This document shows, piece after piece, positions 10,801-19,006 of a DNA stretch of 32,000 bases; position 1 is the stretch's first letter, and every line of letters begins with the position of its first letter. The translations under genes were made by a program, and so were the position numbers. The notes beneath the pieces were generated by a model. The model was not told the origin of the DNA, searched no databases, and saw nothing but the letters and a program-made list of their open reading frames with translations. The stretch is from Parasynechococcus marenigrum WH 8102 (GTDB lineage: Bacteria > Cyanobacteriota > Cyanobacteriia > PCC-6307 > Cyanobiaceae). The stretch spans positions 90,001 to 122,000 of the forward strand of contig NC_005070.1 of NCBI RefSeq assembly GCF_000195975.1, written 5' to 3'.

Positions 10801-12261
10801 ATGACTGAGGGAACCGGGCAGGCGACGGCGGGCGTCACCGTGGAGCATCACCTGCTGGCAGAAGTCGTCACGCGGCAGCTCGAGGCGATGCTCAGCGTTG
10901 GTAACTACGACGCAGTGAAGCTCCTGCTGGAGCCGGTGCAGCCGGTGGATGTGGCTGAGGCGATCGGCAATCTTCGGCAGAACCTTCAGGCCATTGCCTT
11001 TCGTCTGCTCAGCAAGGACGAGGCCATCAGTGTTTACGAGTACCTCGACACCGTCACCCAGCAGAATCTGCTGAGCCTGCTGCGCTCCGGCGAGATGCAG
11101 GAGGTGATGGAAGAGATGTCGCCGGACGATCGGGCGCGGCTGTTTGAAGAGTTGCCGGCCAAGGTGGTGCGTCAGCTGCTGGATCAGCTCAGCCCGGAGG
11201 AGCGCAAGGTCACCGCCGAGCTGCTCGGTTACGAAGCCGAAACCGCCGGTCGTCTGATGACGACTGAATACATCGCTCTCAAGGAGAACCAGACCGCCCT
11301 TGAGGCCCTTGACATCGTCCGTCGTCGTGCCCGCGACACCGAGACCATTTATTCCCTCTATGTCACTGACAACGAGCGCCGCCTCACCGGCATCCTGTCG
11401 TTGCGGGATCTGGTGACCGCTGACCCTCACACGTTGATCCGCGACGTGATGACGGAAGAGGTGCTCAGCGTTCGTACCAACACCGATCAGGAGAAGGTGG
11501 CCCGCACGATCCAGCGCTACGACTTTCTGGCGGTTCCCGTGGTTGATCTGGAGCAGCGGCTGGTGGGCATCGTCACCGTGGATGACGTGATCGATGTGAT
11601 CGAGCAGGAGGCCACCCGTGACCTCTATGCCGCCGGCGCTGTGCAGGCCGGTGATGAGGACGATTACTTCAGCAGCAATCTGTTCACCGTGGCTCGCCGC
11701 CGGGTGGTGTGGCTGGCGGTGCTGGTGGTGGCCAGCTTTTTCACCTCCGAGGTGATTGCCGCCAACGAGGAGGTGTTGCAGAAGGTGGTGCTGCTGGCCG
11801 CCTTTATTCCGTTACTAGGAGGAACAGGAGGGAACGTGGGGGCCCAGAGCTCCACCGTGGTGATTCGCGGCTTGAGCACCCAAAGCATCAGTGCCCTGGG
11901 GCCGTTGAAGGCTGTGGGTCGTGAGGCAATGGCCGGCGCCCTGCTGGGGATTTTGATGATGATCCTGGTGGTGCCCTTCGCCTGGTGGCGCGGCGAAAGC
12001 CCGCTGGTGGGTTTGTCAGTCGGCATGAGCCTGCTGGCGATCACCACCCTGGCGGCCACCGCTGGTGCGGCTTTTCCACTGTTGTTCGACCGAATGGGGT
12101 TGGACCCGGCGCTGATGTCCACGCCGTTCATCACCACCTGCACGGACGTGGCCGGCACCCTGATCTATCTCAAGACAGCCGAATGGCTGCTGGTGAACCT
12201 GCCGCAGCTGCTCACGGCCGCAGGTATTTCTACCCAAATCGCCCCAGTCCTGCTGTCCTGA
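10801..12261 (+). CDS. mgtE: Magnesium transporter MgtE
   Basis: N-domain (PVDVAEAIGNL, MSPDDRARLFEELP), tandem CBS region (LTGILSLRDLV, LVGIVTVDDVIDVIEQEATRD) and TM domain (FIPLLGGTGGNVGAQSSTVVIRGL). Confidence 0.92.
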   Translation: MTEGTGQATAGVTVEHHLLAEVVTRQLEAMLSVGNYDAVKLLLEPVQPVDVAEAIGNLRQNLQAIAFRLLSKDEAISVYEYLDTVTQQNLLSLLRSGEMQEVMEEMSPDDRARLFEELPAKVVRQLLDQLSPEERKVTAELLGYEAETAGRLMTTEYIALKENQTALEALDIVRRRARDTETIYSLYVTDNERRLTGILSLRDLVTADPHTLIRDVMTEEVLSVRTNTDQEKVARTIQRYDFLAVPVVDLEQRLVGIVTVDDVIDVIEQEATRDLYAAGAVQAGDEDDYFSSNLFTVARRRVVWLAVLVVASFFTSEVIAANEEVLQKVVLLAAFIPLLGGTGGNVGAQSSTVVIRGLSTQSISALGPLKAVGREAMAGALLGILMMILVVPFAWWRGESPLVGLSVGMSLLAITTLAATAGAAFPLLFDRMGLDPALMSTPFITTCTDVAGTLIYLKTAEWLLVNLPQLLTAAGISTQIAPVLLS

Positions 12262-12313
12262 GAGCTCCTTTACGTTTCTTAGAGGTACTCTTTACATAAC
12301 TCAAAGAAGCTCC

Positions 12314-13312
12314 ATGGCTCCCGCCGCTGCCACTGCTTCAAAACCTGCGACCTCTGCCCGCAGCGTCAGTGTCGATGTTGATCTGGTCCGTTCCTACCTG
12401 CGTGACATCGGCAGGGTCCCCCTGCTCACCCACGAGCAGGAAATCACCCTCGGACGCCAGGTTCAGGATTTGATGGACATCGAGGCAATGCAGACCGAGT
12501 TGGAAAGCCGCGATGGTGATAAGCCTTCACGCGACAAGCTCGCCAAGGCGTCAGGTCTCACACCACTTCAGCTGAAGCGCAAGCTGCAGCATGGGCGACG
12601 TGCCAAGGAGCGCATGGTGGCTGCCAACCTGCGGCTGGTGGTGAGTGTCGCCAAGAAGTACACCAAGCGGAACATGGAACTGCTGGATCTGATTCAGGAG
12701 GGCACGATCGGTTTGGTGCGTGGTGTGGAGAAATTTGATCCCACCCGTGGTTACAAGTTTTCCACCTACGCCTACTGGTGGATCCGGCAGGGCATCACCC
12801 GGGCGATCGCTGAGAAGAGTCGTACCATCCGCTTGCCGATTCACATCACGGAGATGTTGAACAAGCTCAAGAAAGGTCAGCGCGAGCTGAGCCAGGAGCT
12901 GGGCCGGACCCCCACCATCACAGAGTTGGCGCAGTACGTCGAACTCCCCGAGGATGATGTTAAGGATCTGATGTGCCGTGCACGCCAGCCTGTGAGCCTT
13001 GAGATGAAGGTGGGTGATGGCGATGACACCGAGCTGCTCGAACTGCTGGCCGGTGACGCTGATCTTCCCAGCGACCAAGTGGAAGAAGACTGCATGAAGG
13101 GCGATCTTCGCAGCCTTTTGGGTCAGCTTCCCCATCTGCAGGAGCAAGTGCTGCGGATGCGCTACGGCATGGATGGCGAAGACCCCATGAGCCTCACCGG
13201 CATCGGCCGCATTCTTGGCATGAGTCGAGACCGAGTTCGCAATCTGGAGCGTGATGGTTTAGCTGGACTCCGTCGAATCAGTGATCAGGTTGAGGCCTAC
13301 GTCGCGAGCTGA
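12314..13312 (+). CDS. RNA polymerase sigma-70 family factor (group 2-like)
   Basis: DLVRSYLRDIGRVPLLTHEQEITLGRQV, region 2 MVAANLRLVVSVAKKYTKRNMELLDLIQEGTIGLVRGVEKFDPTRGYKFSTYAYWWIRQ, and region 4 SLTGIGRILGMSRDRVRNLE. Confidence 0.92.
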   Translation: MAPAAATASKPATSARSVSVDVDLVRSYLRDIGRVPLLTHEQEITLGRQVQDLMDIEAMQTELESRDGDKPSRDKLAKASGLTPLQLKRKLQHGRRAKERMVAANLRLVVSVAKKYTKRNMELLDLIQEGTIGLVRGVEKFDPTRGYKFSTYAYWWIRQGITRAIAEKSRTIRLPIHITEMLNKLKKGQRELSQELGRTPTITELAQYVELPEDDVKDLMCRARQPVSLEMKVGDGDDTELLELLAGDADLPSDQVEEDCMKGDLRSLLGQLPHLQEQVLRMRYGMDGEDPMSLTGIGRILGMSRDRVRNLERDGLAGLRRISDQVEAYVAS

Positions 13313-13363
13313 TATTCGTTTGGCAATCGCTTTACTATGAAACTCAGCTGAGTCTCGTTTGGT

Positions 13364-14506
13364 TTGAGTCCGAAAATTTCGAGACGTTTTTCAGAGATAT
13401 ACCATCATCAAGGAACTGATGCGCTGCATGAATGTGCAGAACGTCTTTTACTTCTTGGAAAAAGACGTCGGCTTGTTTCTTTAGCCAGATTTGTAATTTC
13501 CGAAGATATTGACGATCCTGGTTTGATTCGTCATGGAATCAATAGTTTGTTGGTTCTTGGGCAAGAGCAAAAGGCCAAGACTCTTTTTTTGAATTCACGG
13601 GAAAACTTGAATTCTTTTCCTGGCTATATTTCGATGTTGGATCGATACTTTGCGCGTTTTGAGATATTTTGTGGGCTCGAACAGTCCCTGCAAGAGCTTC
13701 AAAATCGCTTGCGCTATGAGTTTGTCTATGGTGCAAGCGATGCATCTTTCATTGCCGATCTGTCATCTTTTACGGATATTATTCTTGTATCTAACAGTCT
13801 TGATATTTCTTTTTCAGATGAAGAGAAAGGATGTATGCTGGCCATGAAAAAGCCGTTGTTTGTTTATTTTAATATTGGAAATCCTATCCTTTGCCAGGCC
13901 CGTGAAGAGTTCTACCCTGCTTCTGCTTCAGAGCTTTTGATCGGCAGCTATCAGCATGTTGTTGATGAAGACCATCGCTTGATTTTTCAGCCATTGATAG
14001 GTCATCGTTTTTTGGGTTGTTGGATGAGGATTGAGCGCCAGTGGCATGCTGATTGGCGAAACGTCTGGAAGGATGCATTTGACCATGCGAATCCTGATGT
14101 GATGTGCCGTGAATTGAAGGAGGCGCTAATGATTGAAGCTCTCTACCCATTGTCGTTGGCATCAGTCCGTCCCGGTGATTCAGTCAAACGTGTTCCCACC
14201 ATTGGTGCGATTGCGATTGCCTTGGCTGACGCATTGCGTGAACAACCCGGTTCATTGCTCAGGCGTGTATGGGCTGCAGGGTTTTCGCTATCTCCGTCTT
14301 ATATCTTTGAAGCATGTTTTGGAATCAACCTTCATGATTTTCCGTTTGAAGCATTGGCTTTGGAGTCAAGAATTGCTAATGGAACAGTGCGAATCATTGG
14401 CTCGACAGACTCTGCTCGGTCCGAGTTGGGGGCGCGGAAGCATTTGTCGATAGCTGGGTTGTCTGTCGAGAAATTGAACCGCAGCCTGCGACGGCCGAAG
14501 ACTTGA
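13364..14506 (+). CDS. Hypothetical protein, AT-rich islet. Possible sialyltransferase-like glycosyltransferase (weak, motif-level only)
   Basis: 380-aa ORF with a TTG start and coding-like periodicity. Motif-like strings are IILVSNSLDIS...LFVYFNIGNP, PTIGAIAIALADAL...VWAAGFS and HDFPFE. I recognise no confident family. Confidence 0.5.
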   Translation: MSPKISRRFSEIYHHQGTDALHECAERLLLLGKRRRLVSLARFVISEDIDDPGLIRHGINSLLVLGQEQKAKTLFLNSRENLNSFPGYISMLDRYFARFEIFCGLEQSLQELQNRLRYEFVYGASDASFIADLSSFTDIILVSNSLDISFSDEEKGCMLAMKKPLFVYFNIGNPILCQAREEFYPASASELLIGSYQHVVDEDHRLIFQPLIGHRFLGCWMRIERQWHADWRNVWKDAFDHANPDVMCRELKEALMIEALYPLSLASVRPGDSVKRVPTIGAIAIALADALREQPGSLLRRVWAAGFSLSPSYIFEACFGINLHDFPFEALALESRIANGTVRIIGSTDSARSELGARKHLSIAGLSVEKLNRSLRRPKT

Positions 14507-14573
14507 TCAACTGCTGTTCTGAAGGCAAGCTACTGTTCACTTTGGGATAAATTGGACCCGTTAAGTCGGAGGT

Positions 14574-16289
14574 ATGGCGTTGAATCAGTCTTATTACCGC
14601 AACGTCAATCCAGATCTTCTCGATCGGATCCCCTTGAATGCCCAGACCGTCGTTGAGGTTGGCTGTGGTTCCGGCGCACTGGGTGGTGCCTACAAGTTGA
14701 GAAATCCTCAGGTTCACTACATCGGTGTTGAGGCGATGCCCGAACCTGCCGCTGATGCGTCAAGGGTGTTGGACCAGGTCATTGTTGGTAATGCGGAAGA
14801 TCCGTTGTTGTTTAGAGACAATGTCCAGGATGTTGATTGCTTGGTGTACGGCGATGTGCTGGAGCATCTTGTCAATCCCTGGGATTGTCTCAGTCGTCAT
14901 CTTGAGCTGCTGTCTGAGGAGGGTTTGGTTGTGGCTTGCATTCCCAACGCTCAGCATTGGTCTGTACTTGCAAATTTGCTGCAAGGTCAGTGGCCCCTTG
15001 AGGATCAGGGATTATTTGACCGCACCCATCTTCGTTGGTTTACCAAAGCAACCATCGTGGAAGGTTTTCAAAAGCTGGGGTTGACCATTCATGAGATTAA
15101 GCCAAGAGTCTTCAAGTTGGATCAAACACGTGCTTTTGTCGAGAAGCTAGAACCTGCCCTGAATAATTTTGGACTCAATCCTCAAAGTGTTCTGAATGGA
15201 AGTGCGCCACTTCAGTACGTGGTTGTTGCGGGCTTGAAGCCAATTCAGCGATTGAATGTGGATGGGTTCAGTCAAATCAATCCAGCGTCCATGGGCGAAG
15301 TTCGGCTGCGTCAGCCCATGCGAGCTCTTGCGTCGCTGCCGGCAACATCAATGCGTTATGCCACAGATTCATTTACGATTAAAAGTCATTCTGATCAGCT
15401 CAAGATCTTCCTGTGGCAGCGACCTGTCTTTATCAATCCAGACAGTGACTTTAAGCAGATACAATCGCTGATTCGTGCTGGCTATATCGTTGTTGTTGAC
15501 TGGGATGATGATCCTCGGTTTTGGAAGGATATCGCCCCTGCGATTGAACGTACTTTCCGCAGTGTTCATGCCATTCAGGTCACCACGACGGAGCTCGCAG
15601 AATTGATCAAGCCGTTTAATCCAGAAGTAGGTGTGTTTCCCAATGCAATGTTTTCGCTGCCAGTACTCTCTCCAGATCGTTTCAATCGAGAAGGTCTCCG
15701 CTTATTCTTTGGTGCTCTCAACCGTGAAAAAGATTGGGCGCCGCTGATCGATGATCTCAACGCTGAGTTGCGCGATGCGCCAGACTTCTGGAGTTTCTCT
15801 GTGATTCATGATCGCCGTTTTTTCGATGCTCTGGATCTGCCGCCAGCGCGAAAATCGTTTGTTCCAACGTGTGGTTATGACCAATACTTAGCTGAAATGT
15901 CTCAGTGCGATGTGGCGTTTCTCCCTCTTATGGATACCCCGTTCAATCACATGAAATCCAACCTGAAGGCGATTGAGGCTGGAAGTTATGGACTCGCTCT
16001 TCTCGCCAGTGATGTGTTGTACGAGCGTTCGCTTGTTGACGGCGTTACAGCGCAGTTGTTCCGCGATCCCGCGCAGCTGCGACACCATTTGAAGGATTGG
16101 CGCGAACAACCAGATCGTGCACGTCAACTTGGCCAGCAAGCGCGCCACTGGGTTGAATCGGAATGCATGGCTGCGCATCAGGTTGCGCGCCGTGAGGCGT
16201 GGTACCGAGACCTTGCATCTCGTCGCGGGAAACTCAATCAGGCGCTGCTGAAGCGTGTTCCTGAACTCGCCGCAACAGCTGCTGATTAA
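14574..16289 (+). CDS. Fusion protein: class I SAM-dependent methyltransferase (N-terminal) plus GT-B/GT1-like glycosyltransferase domain (C-terminal)
   Basis: Methyltransferase motif I VVEVGCGSGALGG and post-I LVYGDVLEHLVNPW. C-terminal DVAFLPLMDTPFNHMKSNLKAIEAGSYGLALLASDV...DGVTAQLF resembles the GT1 C-terminal domain. GGAGG lies 5 nt upstream of the ATG. Confidence 0.7.
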   Translation: MALNQSYYRNVNPDLLDRIPLNAQTVVEVGCGSGALGGAYKLRNPQVHYIGVEAMPEPAADASRVLDQVIVGNAEDPLLFRDNVQDVDCLVYGDVLEHLVNPWDCLSRHLELLSEEGLVVACIPNAQHWSVLANLLQGQWPLEDQGLFDRTHLRWFTKATIVEGFQKLGLTIHEIKPRVFKLDQTRAFVEKLEPALNNFGLNPQSVLNGSAPLQYVVVAGLKPIQRLNVDGFSQINPASMGEVRLRQPMRALASLPATSMRYATDSFTIKSHSDQLKIFLWQRPVFINPDSDFKQIQSLIRAGYIVVVDWDDDPRFWKDIAPAIERTFRSVHAIQVTTTELAELIKPFNPEVGVFPNAMFSLPVLSPDRFNREGLRLFFGALNREKDWAPLIDDLNAELRDAPDFWSFSVIHDRRFFDALDLPPARKSFVPTCGYDQYLAEMSQCDVAFLPLMDTPFNHMKSNLKAIEAGSYGLALLASDVLYERSLVDGVTAQLFRDPAQLRHHLKDWREQPDRARQLGQQARHWVESECMAAHQVARREAWYRDLASRRGKLNQALLKRVPELAATAAD

Positions 16290-17181
16290 CCGTTTCCGGA
16301 GCTTCATCATGGGGACAATGCCCTGCACCAGTGATCACCTGTAGTGATCGCACAGTGGGGATGGTTTCGGCCCAGTTCATCGCTTCAGCGAGTGGCTCCC
16401 AGGGATCCTTTTCGCCCCAGATCAGATCAACAGGCACCGTGAGATTGCCCATCAATTGTGGTGCTAAGTGGTCATCAAACAGATTGATGAAGCCGCGGAA
16501 CGCTTCAGCTGCACCATCACGCTGGGTAGGTTGATACAGCAGATTCACCAGTGCGTCATCGATGTTGGCTCCACTGGGATAAGCCTGTTTCAGAACGCTT
16601 CGGATCACCCCCGGACGGGCGGCATTACGGAAGAGGGCTGTGCTGAGCCAGCGCTGTCGCACCATCGTTTTCAACAGCGGCCGCACCCAGGTCATCCAGG
16701 CGGGTTGGCTGGCCAGCTGTTTGTCGTCCATCAGCCGCTGGGCACAGTCGATCAGCACGACTGAACGGCAGGGGCTGAGACCCGGCGTCTCCTCCAGCAT
16801 CTGGGCTGCCCTCAGGGCCACGACCCCACCAATCGAGTTGCCCACCAGCAGCACTGGTCGACCGACCACCTCGCGGCAGAAGTCCGCGACCTGCCGGCCC
16901 CATAGGTCAAAGCCGTACTGGACTGAGCCAGACTCGCCCACTTCGTCTTTCAGGTGTGCTTTGGGTTGATCACTGCGGCCGAATCCCAGCAAGTCGATCG
17001 CATAGGTGGCCGTTGCTTTCGCCAGCACTGGTTGGTTGAAACGCCAGTGCTCTGTATTGGCGCCAAATCCATGGATCAGAATTACCGCAAGCGGAGCATC
17101 TGTGTTACCAATCAGCGACCAGCCGATGGTGTGACGATTCCAGCGCCATCGATCGTGCTCTTCGGTCACGCCGATCCCCAA
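16234..17181 (-). CDS. Alpha/beta-fold hydrolase
   Basis: VILIHGFGANTEHWRFN, nucleophile elbow LVGNSIGGVVAL, and C-terminal GAGHCPHDEAPE. TTG start is uncertain (GTG 17169 is an alternative). The last 56 nt overlap the islet gene 14574-16289 convergently. Confidence 0.85.
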   Translation of the reverse strand: MGIGVTEEHDRWRWNRHTIGWSLIGNTDAPLAVILIHGFGANTEHWRFNQPVLAKATATYAIDLLGFGRSDQPKAHLKDEVGESGSVQYGFDLWGRQVADFCREVVGRPVLLVGNSIGGVVALRAAQMLEETPGLSPCRSVVLIDCAQRLMDDKQLASQPAWMTWVRPLLKTMVRQRWLSTALFRNAARPGVIRSVLKQAYPSGANIDDALVNLLYQPTQRDGAAEAFRGFINLFDDHLAPQLMGNLTVPVDLIWGEKDPWEPLAEAMNWAETIPTVRSLQVITGAGHCPHDEAPETVNQQLLRRVQEHASAAPD

Positions 17182-17219
17182 ACTTTCAGGAAACTTAGAA
17201 AGACCACGCCGTCGCCCGA

Positions 17220-18129
17220 GTGATCGAATCTCCCCTTGGTGTTCTGGTCGACGGCATCAGCTCAGTGCTGATTGGCAAACGTGATCAGGTCCAACTTGCT
17301 GTGAGCTGTGTGTTAGCAGGTGGTCATCTCCTGATCGAGGACCGCCCGGGCATGGGTAAGTCCACGTTGGCGGAAGCGACTGCCTGTGCCTTCGGCCTGG
17401 CGTTCAAAAGGGTGAGCTTCACCAGCGATCTGTTGCCCGCCGATCTGATTGGCATCAATGTGTTTAACCCCGGGAACGACCGAGTTCCGCTTTAAGCCTG
17501 GTCCGATCTTCACCCAGGTGCTGCTGGCGGATGAGATCAATCGGGCCAGCCCCCGCACTCAGAGCGCCCTTCTGGAGGCCATGGCGGCCAGTCGGGTGAG
17601 CGTGGATGGCATCAGCCACTCCTTGCCTCAGCCGTTTGTTGTGATCGCGACACAGAACAGCCTGGATCAGGTGGGCACCAGCCCACTGCCTGAGGCGCAA
17701 TTGGATCGCTTTCTCATGCGCATTCACCTGGGATTTCCCGACCGCCAGGCTGAGCGTGCCCTTCTCAAGAACACTTCCCTCACCATCGCTGAGATCAGCA
17801 GTGGCCTTGATCCTGCGGCTCTGATGTCCCTGCAGCAGCAGTGCCGTCAACAGCACACCTCCGGTCTGCTGCTGGATTACGTGCTTGATCTGGTGGAGGC
17901 GAGCCGAGGCGCCGGCGTGGGGCTCTCACCCCGTGCCAGCCAGGGGTTGCTGGCGGCCGCCCGGGCCTGGTCGTTGCTGCAGGGTCGCGACCATGTTCGT
18001 ATTGATGATGTCCAGGCTGTGTTCCCGTCCGTTGCGGAACATCGACTGGATTCCGGTGCCCTCGCGGACCACAGCGGTGGCTCTCCCCTCAGCCAGACCG
18101 TGCTCCAGAAGGTGAATGCACTCCGTTGA
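17220..18129 (+). pseudogene. MoxR-type AAA+ ATPase interrupted by a +1 frameshift near 17465-17480
   Basis: ORF 17220-17495 carries Walker A (LLIEDRPGMGKSTLA) and SFTSDLLPADLIGINVFNPG, then stops. ORF 17449-18129, in the next frame, continues with EFRFKPGPIFTQVLLADEINRASPRTQSALLEAM (Walker B) and QLDRFLMRI. Together they make one normal MoxR. Confidence 0.8.
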
Positions 18130-19006
18130 GCCTCCCCTCCTGCGTCGCTCCCGTAGTGCGCAGCTGCGCCTCGGTCTTCGCAACGTGTACATCGTGCCGA
18201 CCCGCTTCGGTTTGCTCTGGCTGGCAGGGGTCGCCCTGCTTCAGCTCGTGGCGATTCAAACCAGGAGCAACGGCACGTTGCTGCTCGGTTGTCTGTTGTT
18301 GGGGTTGATGCTGTTCGCGATGCATCTCACCCACGACAACCTCAACGGGTTGCACCTGGTTTGCGATCAGCCTGCTCCAGGTTTTGCTTCTCAATCGGTG
18401 CCTTACTCCCTGCGCTTGCGAAGCCGGGTGGCCCGTCAGCGTCTGCGGTTGCAGCTGAAGGGCGGTGAATCCCTGGTGTTGGAAAGCCTGGAGGTCGGAG
18501 AAACGTCGATCAACCTCTCGTGGTGTCCGCAGCAACGTGGACTGCAACGGCCCGCTCCGCTGCACATCGAAACCATTGCGCCGTTGGGGTTGTTTGTCTG
18601 TTGGAGTCGCTGGGAACCCTCCTGCGAGCAGTTGATCATTCCGGCTCGGCGTCCTGGACCGGTGGCCGACCGACAGCCACGTTGCTTTCAGGACGGCATG
18701 GAGGACTGGCAGGACCTCAAGCCCTATCGAGCAGGAGAGCGGTTTGCCTTGGTGGATTGGTCCAGCCTGGCCAAGGGGCGCCCTCTGCAATCCAAGCAGT
18801 TTTCCGATCCCGAGCAGCATCAGTACCAGCTGCGACCGGTACCGGGACTTGCCTTCGAGACTGCGTTGGAGCACCTGGCTGACCGCATCTGGCGTCTGCA
18901 TCAGCGCGGCGAAATCTATGGGCTTGAGCTACCCGGTCGTTGCCTGCCACCGCAGCGGGGTCTGCGGCACCGTGATGCCTGCCTCGAGGCCCTGGCGCTG
19001 GCATGA
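18116..19006 (+). CDS. DUF58 domain protein (MoxR-associated)
   Basis: N-terminal TM pair (FGLLWLAGVALLQLV, LLLGCLLLGLMLF). DUF58 core DLKPYRAGERFALVDWSSLAKGRPLQSKQF. The ATG overlaps the moxR end by 14 nt. Confidence 0.8.
   Translation: MHSVEPPLLRRSRSAQLRLGLRNVYIVPTRFGLLWLAGVALLQLVAIQTRSNGTLLLGCLLLGLMLFAMHLTHDNLNGLHLVCDQPAPGFASQSVPYSLRLRSRVARQRLRLQLKGGESLVLESLEVGETSINLSWCPQQRGLQRPAPLHIETIAPLGLFVCWSRWEPSCEQLIIPARRPGPVADRQPRCFQDGMEDWQDLKPYRAGERFALVDWSSLAKGRPLQSKQFSDPEQHQYQLRPVPGLAFETALEHLADRIWRLHQRGEIYGLELPGRCLPPQRGLRHRDACLEALALA

Larger units (their letters stand above)
13313..16290. other. AT-rich islet B (hypothetical protein plus methyltransferase-glycosyltransferase fusion) between the sigma factor and the hydrolase
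   Basis: 38 % GC in line 13561-13620. Two accessory-type genes. The right end overlaps the hydrolase 3' end. Confidence 0.55.

Noticed and set aside
13342-13353. A 12-bp perfect palindrome, actcagctgagt, after the sigma factor gene, considered as an intrinsic terminator.
   Set aside because: There is no loop, since the arms abut. Only a 4-bp stem is possible once a minimal loop is allowed, and the following T-stretch is interrupted. Support is too weak.
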